A DNA stretch of 64,000 nt, taken from assembly GCA_964584335.1 (NCBI GenBank), contig CAZOZN010000002.1:200025-264024 (forward strand). Reading direction: 5' to 3'. The stretch is from an uncultured archaeon (GTDB taxonomy: Archaea; Aenigmatarchaeota; Aenigmatarchaeia; PWEA01; JAGHBM01). Position numbers and translations under genes: made by a program. Numbering within the stretch: the stretch's first letter is position 1; every line of letters begins with the position of its first letter. Positions 1-8,305 of the stretch are shown here, in pieces. The notes beneath the pieces are model-generated. The model was not told where the DNA came from and ran no database searches. It was given only the letters and a program-made list of their open reading frames with translations.

Positions 1-146
1 TGGGGGAAATACGGTCCTTAGGTCTCCCGAGGAGCCTTCATTTAGTATTTTTTCAAAAAAAGGAAGACTACCTTCTTTTATCCACTTTTTTATTATGTCT
101 AGTCTTGCTCCATCTATCCCAACGAAAAGAGTTTTTGAGATACCAT
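1..146 (-). CDS. N-terminal fragment of an alkaline-phosphatase-core / type I phosphodiesterase-nucleotide pyrophosphatase family protein (partial; start not resolved)
   Basis: Reverse-strand translation reads ...SQK(T)LFVGIDGARLDIIKKWIKEGSLPFFEKILNEGSSGDLRTVFPP. The GIDG...P..T.FP pattern is typical of the AlkP/NPP metal-binding N-terminus. No in-frame ATG/GTG/TTG is present. A +1 frame carries ATG GTA TCT CAA AAA..., which would join to give MVSQKTLFVGIDGA if the A5 run at about 128-132 had one more A. The reading frame continues beyond the window start. Confidence 0.4.
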
Positions 147-149
147 CAC

Positions 150-1193
150 CTATAATACTTCTTCATAAACTTTTATTAATTCATCTGTAAAGTTGTCCCA
201 AGTATATATCTTGGATTTTTTTCTGTTTTCTTCCCCCATCCTTTGAGCTTCTTTTGGATTTTCTATAAGGTATCTTATGGAATCTACCAGCTGTTTTGTG
301 TTCTCTTTTTCCACTTTAAATCCCTCGTAATCAAGGGGTATGGTAGATACTATAGCGCAACCCGATGCCATCGCCTCCGCCAGAACAAGCCCAAAACCTT
401 CTCCTATCGAAGGCAGGCAAAAAACAAGAGCCTTTGAATAATAATCAAACATTTCTTCTCTGTCTATCCATCCCAGAAACTCGACATTTTTCGGGGCCAT
501 CTCCTTAAGAGCTTTGCTTTCTCTGCCCTTTCCCGTGAGCTTGAATTTTATGTCAGGAAGTTCTCTAGCAGCAAGCATGAGATATTTCAATCCCTTTTGT
601 TTTGCAAGTCTTCCGGCGAAGAAAACAAAAGGCTCTTTCTCTGTTTTTTTGAATTTATCCCTGTCTATTACCAGGCCAGGCGGTATTATCTTTGTTATTT
701 TTTCGCTGAGACCGTGTTCAAGAGCCTGCTTTCTTGCGTAGCTGCTTAAAAAAACCACTTTGTCGTAATTGTGAAGTATTTGCATCCTTTCCATGTAGTC
801 GGATATGGAACCTAACATTTTTCCGCGCATCTTTATCCATCCCTTTCCATACATTCCATGAACTATACACACTACCGGTTTTTTTAGCAGTTTGCCAGCA
901 ACATAAGAAGGGAAACATGCATTGTAGTTGTTTGTCTGTATTAAGTCAAAGTCTTTGGCCTTTTTTAGTATTTGGGGTATTGCAAAGTTTAACGCATATC
1001 TGTTTATTGGGATTCTATGTGTTACAATGTCTTCATACTTTTTTATTTTTGGGTCTCCTGTTGTAAGAACTTCGACATAAACTCCCTTTTTCTGAAGAGT
1101 TTTTGTTACGTGATAAACAACTTCCTCTCCGCCACCATGACACACGGGCATAAACAACTCATGTGTCATTAGAACTCTCATTTTATCACACAA
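150..1193 (-). CDS. GT4-family (GT-B fold) glycosyltransferase
   Basis: 347-aa ORF. C-terminal EGFGLVLAEAMASGCAIVS matches the E-x7-E GT4 motif. It lies immediately downstream of aglB on the same strand. Confidence 0.8.
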   Translation of the reverse strand: MCDKMRVLMTHELFMPVCHGGGEEVVYHVTKTLQKKGVYVEVLTTGDPKIKKYEDIVTHRIPINRYALNFAIPQILKKAKDFDLIQTNNYNACFPSYVAGKLLKKPVVCIVHGMYGKGWIKMRGKMLGSISDYMERMQILHNYDKVVFLSSYARKQALEHGLSEKITKIIPPGLVIDRDKFKKTEKEPFVFFAGRLAKQKGLKYLMLAARELPDIKFKLTGKGRESKALKEMAPKNVEFLGWIDREEMFDYYSKALVFCLPSIGEGFGLVLAEAMASGCAIVSTIPLDYEGFKVEKENTKQLVDSIRYLIENPKEAQRMGEENRKKSKIYTWDNFTDELIKVYEEVL

Positions 1194-1212
1194 AATTATT
1201 TGAATTAATATA

Positions 1213-3381
1213 TTATATGTTTTCTATTGCTTTTTCTATTTTTAGCCTGTATATTTTTACCTGCTCGTTCATGAAAACCCTTTCAAAATATTCTGTATCT
1301 TCCTCTTCTTTAAAGAACATTCTTGTGAACAATGAGTTTTCATGATTTGTTGGTATGTAAACAGTATATCCAAATTGTGGATGAATCCATACAGTTCCGG
1401 GTATAGTGTTGTTCAGATTTTCAAAAGAAACTTGAGCAACCGAACCGTTTTGCTGGTATATTAGCATTTTTTCTATTACAACTTCACCGTCTTCTGCCTC
1501 AATTTTTGGAGTTATTGTGTTGTTTGAGAAATCTAAAACCAAACCACCCCTGTATAATAATTTTGTTTCTCTTTGTTCTGACAAAGGCATTTGCGTGTAG
1601 AGAGGGCAAATTTGCTGGCCATTGTTTGTTAGTATACCCGTTCCGTCACAGCCAGTTCCAAAGTACTGAAGCCATCTAAATTTACCTATCAAATCGTCTG
1701 ATGCAATCCAGTATATTTCTGATGCATCTCCTTTGTAGTTCAATAAAATTTTTGCAGCTTCTGTTTCATTATCCGTATTGAATATTTTGCCCAGATGTGT
1801 TATTCTTGTGTTTAACCCAGGGTCACAAGTTCTTTCTGGGCAGTGTGCCCCGTCTGCTATGTTTCTTCTTTCTGATATTGCTGCTATCCTGTGACCAGGG
1901 TCCCACCAAGTTCCGACTACACTATCTTCCGGTGTATTATCCCTAAGGAAAAAATAAGCCTCTTTCCAGTTGTTGTTTATCGGGTTTCTTTCTGATTGTT
2001 GCGTTGCGACTTGTGTTGCTTGGGATAGAGTAACTAAGCACACAAAAACAGCAACTCCCATTATTATTGCCTTTGATATTTTTGGTGTTTTTTCTTTTTC
2101 TTTTTTGTAGTAAGGATATAGAACTATCATCAGTGCGGTAAATATTGCTAGTAAAATTCCTCCAGAAGGTTGCGTGAATGATACTAAAACGGACGCGAGG
2201 AAAAGAAAACCTATCAAGGGAGCCATATTACCCATTTCTTTAAGACTTTTGTATGCTTCTGATATAGCAATGCCGCCAGAAACTGCTGCAGCGGGTGCGA
2301 AAACAAGCATAAAACGAACACCTCTTGTTATCGCGAAGAAAGTCACACCCAACCAAGTTAAAAGTATAATACCGTCTTTTAAATCCCTTTTAAGGAGAAG
2401 AATAACACCGGTTATTGAGAATATGAACGGTATTGATAGTTCGCTAAATAATCTGCTCCAAGCACCACCGAGAATGTTTAAGTTTTGCAATTCTGCTACG
2501 GAAATGTTTACTATTTGTACCTGTGCTGGATTAAATGTAAATCCTACTAATGCAGTTATTATTGAGTAGGGGTTGTAACCCATCAACCAAACCAAAACAG
2601 ACGAAGCTATGAATATTAACAGCAACGGAAAAAAAGTTTTTTTGAATATTTTGAAGGATTTTTTTGCCCTTTCTCCCATTTCAGGCATTACCTTATTTTT
2701 TTCGCTTCCGGTTCTCCATTCTTTTTTGCCTATAAAAACCAATGTGATAAAGTAAGCAAAACTTGAAATCATTACTATTATTGGAATATACCAACCTTGT
2801 CCCCATGTCAAGCCAAAAAGAACCAAACCCAGGAAAGCAAGAATATGATTAATCAAACTTTTCTTTTTGAAAGATCTTACCAGCAGGTACATTGTTAGCA
2901 GGGTGAAGAAAACAACCAAACCGTCTGTGTCGTAGAAACCGGCCATTGTTCTTGTAAGAACTGCGACACTTGTTCCTATGAAGAAGGCCGCTAAAAGTCC
3001 TGCTTTTTTGTCTGAAAATTCCTTTCCAAGAAAGAATGCGGGTATTGTAGCCAAAGCTCCATAAATACCTGCCATATACTTGCAGAAAAGCATTAAAGAC
3101 ATTCCCGAACCGAATATCATATATAGGTAAGCAGTAGTATAATGCATAACAGGCGGATGGTTTATTGGTCTGCCGGGCGGGTAATAACTCATCGAATCCC
3201 ACGCGGGCATTATTCCGTTTTCTACAACATAACCAGTATATCTGTAGTGAAAGTATGGGTCATAAGCTAACAGCCAGTCCCCGTCCAGAGTGAAAAATCT
3301 GATATGTAAAGACAATAGAAATATTATTAACAGTGCTATCAGGTACCATCTTTTTTTAAGAACTTTTTTTATTTTTTCCAT
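1213..3381 (-). CDS. aglB: Archaeal oligosaccharyltransferase AglB (STT3 family)
   Basis: 722-aa polytopic membrane protein. The N-terminal region has a DxD-type motif (LDGDWLLAYDPYFHYRY). The WWDYG-type catalytic motif is present as GTWWDPGHRIA. A C-terminal soluble domain is present. Confidence 0.9.
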   Translation of the reverse strand: MEKIKKVLKKRWYLIALLIIFLLSLHIRFFTLDGDWLLAYDPYFHYRYTGYVVENGIMPAWDSMSYYPPGRPINHPPVMHYTTAYLYMIFGSGMSLMLFCKYMAGIYGALATIPAFFLGKEFSDKKAGLLAAFFIGTSVAVLTRTMAGFYDTDGLVVFFTLLTMYLLVRSFKKKSLINHILAFLGLVLFGLTWGQGWYIPIIVMISSFAYFITLVFIGKKEWRTGSEKNKVMPEMGERAKKSFKIFKKTFFPLLLIFIASSVLVWLMGYNPYSIITALVGFTFNPAQVQIVNISVAELQNLNILGGAWSRLFSELSIPFIFSITGVILLLKRDLKDGIILLTWLGVTFFAITRGVRFMLVFAPAAAVSGGIAISEAYKSLKEMGNMAPLIGFLFLASVLVSFTQPSGGILLAIFTALMIVLYPYYKKEKEKTPKISKAIIMGVAVFVCLVTLSQATQVATQQSERNPINNNWKEAYFFLRDNTPEDSVVGTWWDPGHRIAAISERRNIADGAHCPERTCDPGLNTRITHLGKIFNTDNETEAAKILLNYKGDASEIYWIASDDLIGKFRWLQYFGTGCDGTGILTNNGQQICPLYTQMPLSEQRETKLLYRGGLVLDFSNNTITPKIEAEDGEVVIEKMLIYQQNGSVAQVSFENLNNTIPGTVWIHPQFGYTVYIPTNHENSLFTRMFFKEEEDTEYFERVFMNEQVKIYRLKIEKAIENI

Positions 3382-3430
3382 GGAATGACCGTATTTTGTT
3401 TACTCATAAAAACAATAGTATATAACACTT

Positions 3431-4105
3431 TTAAAGCTTAAAGAGTTTTTTAAACAAGAACTTTGCGTTGTGTATACCGTCCATTACTGTTATTCCTTTT
3501 ATTTTTGCTTTTGTTACTATTGGTATTTCTTTTACTTTTAGTTTGTTTTTTGCTATCTCGAATACCATTTCACCCTCTATTTCATATCTTTTTGCTTCCA
3601 AGTTCATTTTTCTAAGCGCGCTTGTTTTCAGAGCCCTGTAACCGGATTGGGTATCTCCCAACCATTTATGGCTCAATAATCCCTTGGGTCCGAAAGAGAA
3701 AAAATTTGTGATAAAGTTAAGTCCGAAGTTTCCAATTACATTTCTGGGAAAGGTGTAAAAACGACCGGCGTACCTTGAACCTATTACGACATCATTGTCT
3801 TTGAGTTCTTTAACCAGTTTGGGTATGTATTTTGGGTAATGTTGTCCGTCCGAGTCCAAAAACACTATGACATCTGCCCCGTTTTCTTCTGCGATGTAAG
3901 CTCCTGTTCTCAAAGCAAAACCTTTTCCATGGTTAAAATACAGATTTATTATTTCTGCTTCTGTTTTTTCTGCTTCCTTCATGCTACAATCATGAGAACC
4001 GTCATCCACGTATATTACATCATCTACGTACTTTTCTGTTTCACTTATAACGTCTTTTACTGTTTTTTCGACGTTATATCCAGGAATAACCGCTGTTATA
4101 TTCAT
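3431..4105 (-). CDS. GT2 dolichyl-phosphate hexose synthase-like glycosyltransferase (DPM1/AglJ-like)
   Basis: MNITAVIPGYNVEK...VDDGSHDCS...FLDSDGQH are GT-A motifs. The ORF-track start at 4186 would overlap the divergent rSAM gene by 35 nt. The internal Met (MNITAVIPGYN) at 4105 gives the canonical GT2 N-terminus and removes the overlap. Confidence 0.8.
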   Translation of the reverse strand: MNITAVIPGYNVEKTVKDVISETEKYVDDVIYVDDGSHDCSMKEAEKTEAEIINLYFNHGKGFALRTGAYIAEENGADVIVFLDSDGQHYPKYIPKLVKELKDNDVVIGSRYAGRFYTFPRNVIGNFGLNFITNFFSFGPKGLLSHKWLGDTQSGYRALKTSALRKMNLEAKRYEIEGEMVFEIAKNKLKVKEIPIVTKAKIKGITVMDGIHNAKFLFKKLFKL

Positions 4106-4151
4106 AAATATATAAAGCCCCATTAAGAATAAATAAAGTTGGGGGTAATTC

Positions 4152-5594
4152 TTGTTGAAGGTTCTTTTTTTAAATCCACCGCACAAATTCAGGATAAGCA
4201 GGTGTAGTAGGTGGCCGGAACATACAAAATCCGGAACGCTTTATTTTCCTTACTGGCTTGCTTATGCCGCGGGAGTTTCCTTGGAAAAAGGACACGAAGT
4301 TTCTCTTTTGGATGCAATAGCAAAAAATTGGAGTTTTGAAAAAACCTTGGATGAAATAAAAAAATTCAATCCGGATTTGATTGTTCTGGAAACAGTAACT
4401 CCTACTTTTTTTAGCGATATGAGATTTGTAAGTTTTGTAAAACAGAATATTGATACAAAACTTTGTCTTGTCGGTACCCACGTAAGTGTCTTTCCAAAAA
4501 AATCCTTGAGAGAAAGCAAGGCGGATTATGTTGCAATAAAGGAATATGATTATACAGTTCTGGATTTGCTTGAAAATTTGAATGGAAAAAAAGATTTGAA
4601 AGACATAGAAGGAATAGCTTATAAAGAAGATGACGATGTTTTTGTAAACAAAGAAAGGGAATTACTGACAGACATGGATTCATTACCTTTCGTTTCTAAG
4701 GTGTATAAGAAATTTCTTGATATAGAGGATTATAGGTATTCTTTGGCCAGACATCCCATGGTACAAATATGGAGTGCGAGGGGTTGTCCCAATATGTGTA
4801 CGTTTTGCCAGTATCCTCAAGTTTTTTCTGGAAGATGTTTCAGGTCAAGGTCGCCGGAAAATTTCGTAGACGAACTTGAATGGGTTAAAAAAAACCTTCC
4901 ACAGGTAAAGGAAATTTTCGTTGAGGACGATACTATGACTATTGACAAGGAGAGAATAATCAGAATATGTGATTTGATAAGGGAAAGAAATCTTAAAATA
5001 GTCTGGTCTGCCAATTTAAGGGCGGATGTTCCTTACGAAGTTTTAAAGAAAATGAAAGAATCCGGATTCAGGATGGCTATAGTTGGTTATGAGAGCGGCA
5101 ACCAAGAGGTTCTTAATAATATAAGAAAGGGAGTTTTATTGGAGAGAACGATAAAATTTACTGAAGATTGTAAGAAATTGGGGATAAAAATATTCGGCTG
5201 CTTTATGGTAGGTTTACCCGGAGAAACCAGGGAAACTGTTTACCAGACTCTTGATTATGCTAAGAGACTTAATCCTGATATGGCTTTCTTCCAGCATTCA
5301 GTTCCTTTCCCCGGGACACGGTTTTACGAGTGGGCAAAGAAAGAAAATTGTCTTGTCACTGAGGATTGGGATGAATGGCTTGATGAAAATGGAAGGTTGG
5401 GTTTTTTGATTGATTGCCCTGAGATGTCAAGAAAAAAAGTAAGGGAACTGAGAGATGAAATAACAAAAAAGTTTTATACAAACCCGAAGTGGATAGGTTA
5501 CGCGTTGACACACAATATTCATCCATATGAAATGGTCAGGATGATTAAGGCAGGTGTTGACTATTTTAAGTTTTTAGTAAGTGAGAGTGATTAA
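4152..5594 (+). CDS. Cobalamin-binding (class B) radical SAM enzyme
   Basis: N-terminal B12-binding Rossmann-like region (MLKVLFLNPP...). The radical SAM cluster motif CPNMCTFCQY (CxxxCxxC) and a C-terminal elongated rSAM domain are present. The stop is 2 nt before the next GT2 gene. Confidence 0.85.
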   Translation: MLKVLFLNPPHKFRISRCSRWPEHTKSGTLYFPYWLAYAAGVSLEKGHEVSLLDAIAKNWSFEKTLDEIKKFNPDLIVLETVTPTFFSDMRFVSFVKQNIDTKLCLVGTHVSVFPKKSLRESKADYVAIKEYDYTVLDLLENLNGKKDLKDIEGIAYKEDDDVFVNKERELLTDMDSLPFVSKVYKKFLDIEDYRYSLARHPMVQIWSARGCPNMCTFCQYPQVFSGRCFRSRSPENFVDELEWVKKNLPQVKEIFVEDDTMTIDKERIIRICDLIRERNLKIVWSANLRADVPYEVLKKMKESGFRMAIVGYESGNQEVLNNIRKGVLLERTIKFTEDCKKLGIKIFGCFMVGLPGETRETVYQTLDYAKRLNPDMAFFQHSVPFPGTRFYEWAKKENCLVTEDWDEWLDENGRLGFLIDCPEMSRKKVRELRDEITKKFYTNPKWIGYALTHNIHPYEMVRMIKAGVDYFKFLVSESD

Positions 5595-5596
5595 AA

Positions 5597-6556
5597 GTGA
5601 AGGAACCTTCTGTTACAATTTTCTTGACTGTTAAGAATTCTTCAGAAACAATAAAAAAATGCGTCGATTCTCTTTTGAATCTGAATTATAGTAATTACAG
5701 CATTTACGTAACTGATGCTTATTCTACAGACGGTACTTTTGAAATTCTTAAGGAATACGAGGACAAGATAAAACTTGAGCAAGTCAGGGGCAATATGTCA
5801 AAGGCTTACAACCATATGACAAAAAGAACTAACACAGATTTTATTGCTTACACAGATGCTGATTGTGTTGTTGACAGTGATTGGTTGAGTGAGTTGGTTT
5901 CTGGTTTTGAAAAAGAAGAAGTGATAGCGGTTGCAGGCTTTTGCGGAACTCCAGACGGCTTGTCTAATTTTCAAAATGCAATAGGAAAGGAGCTTGAGCA
6001 AAGATTCAAAGATTTCCCCAAGTACATTAAAAGGGCACCCACAATGAATCTTGCTATTAGGACAGAAGTGGCAAAGAAGGTGGAGTATGACGAGAGTCTT
6101 GACGTAAGTCAGGAGACAGATTGGTGCTATAAGATAAATAAATACGGCAAGATACTTTATAATCCGAATGCAAAAGTTTTTCATTATCACAGAAGCAATA
6201 TAAGAAGTTATTTCAAACAACAGAAGAAGTACGGAAAATTTGTTGTTCTTACCTACTTGGGCAGACATAGAAAAGAAATAAAGGGAGATAACGTGTCACC
6301 CACATACATGGCCTTGCAGATACCTTTCTTCTGGGCGTCAGTTTATTTTATTTTACTTTCTCTTATAAATTTCAGTTTGATTTATTTTTCTCTGTTTTTT
6401 GTTTTTTTGATTTTTTTGATATACCTTTTTAACATTTTTAAGATTAAACCGAGATTAATTGAACTGCCTGTTTATTTTTTTATTTTTGTCTTGAGAACAG
6501 TTGCCTGGTCGATTGGTTTCGTAAGCGGACTAATTCTTTTGATTAAATCGAAATGA
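5597..6556 (+). CDS. GT2 glycosyltransferase with C-terminal transmembrane helices
   Basis: YVTDAYSTDGT and DADCVVDSDW are GT-A DxD motifs. The last ~90 aa are strongly hydrophobic (2-3 TM). Confidence 0.8.
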   Translation: MKEPSVTIFLTVKNSSETIKKCVDSLLNLNYSNYSIYVTDAYSTDGTFEILKEYEDKIKLEQVRGNMSKAYNHMTKRTNTDFIAYTDADCVVDSDWLSELVSGFEKEEVIAVAGFCGTPDGLSNFQNAIGKELEQRFKDFPKYIKRAPTMNLAIRTEVAKKVEYDESLDVSQETDWCYKINKYGKILYNPNAKVFHYHRSNIRSYFKQQKKYGKFVVLTYLGRHRKEIKGDNVSPTYMALQIPFFWASVYFILLSLINFSLIYFSLFFVFLIFLIYLFNIFKIKPRLIELPVYFFIFVLRTVAWSIGFVSGLILLIKSK

Positions 6557-6620
6557 ATGCTTTATACCAGATAATTTTATATATAGAAAAATTTGTTTTT
6601 TAATTATAGAGGTAGATTTG

Positions 6621-6827
6621 ATGGTTAAGAAAAAAAGTACCAAGAAAAAAACAAAAAAGAAAACAATGAAGAAAGTAAGGTGCGCAGCGAAGACAAGAGA
6701 TGGAAAGAGATGCAAGAACTTTGCATCAGGCAGGTCTAAATATTGTAAGGCTCATCAGAAGGCAAGTTCAAGAGGGCCTAAGAAAAAGAAGACCACAAAG
6801 AAAAAGAAAACCAGAAAGAAAAAATGA
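6621..6827 (+). CDS. Small lysine-rich Cys3His zinc-finger protein (putative nucleic-acid-binding)
   Basis: MVKKKSTKKKTKKKTMKK-VRCAAKTRDGKRCKNFASGRSKYCKAH-QKASSRGPKKKKTTKKKKTRKKK. A single C-x9-C-x10-C-x2-H core (resembling an FCS/treble-clef finger) is flanked by two poly-Lys tails. The ATG at 6621 is preferred over the TTG at 6618. An AGAGGTAG Shine-Dalgarno sits 7 nt upstream. A TTTATATATAG TATA-like box lies about 27 nt upstream. Confidence 0.55.
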   Translation: MVKKKSTKKKTKKKTMKKVRCAAKTRDGKRCKNFASGRSKYCKAHQKASSRGPKKKKTTKKKKTRKKK

Positions 6828-7031
6828 TTTTTATCTTTCATCACAAAACACCCCCTATTTTTAATTTATTTAACCCTTCCAGTTCTTAGTATGAATGCAA
6901 TGGCGATGAAAATACCGTCCCAAAGGGATTTTTAGATGACCGGAAAGGTAGCTATTGAGCCATTGCACTATAAAAAAGCTTAAATACTTGATAATTTTAA
7001 TAAAATTACAAATTAGAACGGAGGTAAAAAA

Positions 7032-7340
7032 ATGGTAGAATTTGAGACAATTGAATCAACTGAAGTAAAATTTGGAAATAACAACTTCATTGAGATTGGG
7101 AAGAAAAAAGCCATAACTGACGAAGGGGAAAACGTTTTTATTTCTCTTTCCAGAGGTTTTTTCACACCAGACAATGAAAGGAGATATAAGAAGAATTTTG
7201 CATTACCAAACGAAGCTGGTGTAATAAAGAAAATAATAGAAGCACTACAGGATTTGGATGTGCCAGAAGGTTCAGAAGATTCTGATGAAGAAGCGGCTGA
7301 AGAAGATGCAGATGATTCAAGCGAAGAAGAAGAAGAGTGA
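7032..7340 (+). CDS. PC4/Sub1-like (ssDNA-binding fold) protein with poly-acidic C-terminal tail
   Basis: NFIEIGKKKAITDEGENVFISLSRGFFTPDNERRYKKNFALPNEAGVIKKIIEALQDL matches the pattern of the PC4 C-terminal domain (FQIGK..YVSV..FKGK.LIDIREYW...G.KGISL). The 25-residue tail is D/E/S-only. A GGAGGT Shine-Dalgarno is 7 nt upstream. Confidence 0.55.
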   Translation: MVEFETIESTEVKFGNNNFIEIGKKKAITDEGENVFISLSRGFFTPDNERRYKKNFALPNEAGVIKKIIEALQDLDVPEGSEDSDEEAAEEDADDSSEEEEE

Positions 7341-7361
7341 GAAAAACCTTTTACTTTATAA

Positions 7362-7389
7362 TTCTGCTCTTAGAGCAGAATTTTTTTTG
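7362..7389 (+). terminator. Intrinsic-type terminator: 8-bp hairpin (TTCTGCTC/GAGCAGAA, loop TTA) followed by T9
   Basis: A perfect inverted repeat immediately followed by a run of 9 T, located 22 nt after the stop of the acidic-tail gene. Confidence 0.6.
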
Positions 7390-7432
7390 TTTTTTATTAA
7401 ATAATTAAATATAACTGTCTTATACTATTATT

Positions 7433-8305
7433 ATGCCTGAAGAGTTGTTTACGGGAGGTTCTCCTTTGTGTTCTGGTTGCATGTCTTCTCTTGGTTTGAA
7501 GATTGCTCTGGAAACCTTGGGCAAAAATACTATAGTTGTAAATTCTTCCGGATGCCTTACTCTCTTATCTGTTTATCCCAATTCTCCAATGAGAGTTCCG
7601 TTTATTCATGTAGCGATAGAGAATGCAGGTGCAGTTGCTAGCGGCATATACTCGGCATACAAGCAGAAAGGAGAACATGTCAATATTTTGATTTATGCGG
7701 GAGACGGTGCTACGTATGATATAGGTTTTCAGTCGCTTTCCGGTGCTTGCGACAGAAGGGATGATTTTTTGTATGTTTGCTATAACAATCAGGCGTTTAT
7801 GAATACGGGGATACAACAATCTAGTGCGACTCCTCTTGGAGCAGCTACTAAAACAACACCAAGCGGCGAGGAAAATAAGATGGGAAATTTATTTCAAAGA
7901 AAACCTATAGAGAGGATAATTGCGGCACATGGAGTTCCTTATGTTGCTACTGCATGTGTTTCTTTTCCTGAGGATTATAAGAACAAACTTGAGAAGGCCA
8001 TGAACATTGTCGGCCCGAAATTTATAGACCTGTTATGTCCCTGTCCTACTGGATGGGGTTTCAAGCCCCAAGACGGTATAGATATAGGCAAGCGTGCAGT
8101 TCAAACTGGTCTGTGGCCTCTTTACGAGATAGAAAACAACAAACTCAAAATAACCCACAAACCCAATAAACTTAGGCCAGTTGAAGATTATTTTTCATTA
8201 CAAAAAAGATACAGGCATCTTGGTAGTGAGCAAAAGAAGACTATACAGAATGTTGTTAATCATAGATGGAAGGAGTTGTTAAAGGGAGATTTTTATGGAT
8301 TTTAG
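7433..8305 (+). CDS. porB: Pyruvate/2-oxoacid:ferredoxin oxidoreductase beta subunit (TPP-binding)
   Basis: N-terminal CSGCMSS Cys cluster. The GDG(x)nN thiamine-pyrophosphate motif is present as YAGDGATYDIGFQSLSGA...YNNQAFMNTG. Size is about 290 aa. Confidence 0.85.
   Translation: MPEELFTGGSPLCSGCMSSLGLKIALETLGKNTIVVNSSGCLTLLSVYPNSPMRVPFIHVAIENAGAVASGIYSAYKQKGEHVNILIYAGDGATYDIGFQSLSGACDRRDDFLYVCYNNQAFMNTGIQQSSATPLGAATKTTPSGEENKMGNLFQRKPIERIIAAHGVPYVATACVSFPEDYKNKLEKAMNIVGPKFIDLLCPCPTGWGFKPQDGIDIGKRAVQTGLWPLYEIENNKLKITHKPNKLRPVEDYFSLQKRYRHLGSEQKKTIQNVVNHRWKELLKGDFYGF

Noticed and set aside
2174-2569. Numerous 60-150-aa antisense or overlapping ORFs inside large genes (e.g. within aglB, cdc48, topA, the giant surface gene)
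   Set aside because: They are embedded in well-supported genes on the opposite strand or in another frame. They show biased low-complexity composition typical of AT-rich shadow ORFs.
4106-4186. 5' extension of the DPM1-like GT2 gene that overlaps the divergent rSAM start
   Set aside because: The extension (MCGGFKKRTF...LYLFLMGLYIF) is not GT2-like. The canonical GT-A N-terminus begins at the internal Met (MNITAVIPGYN).
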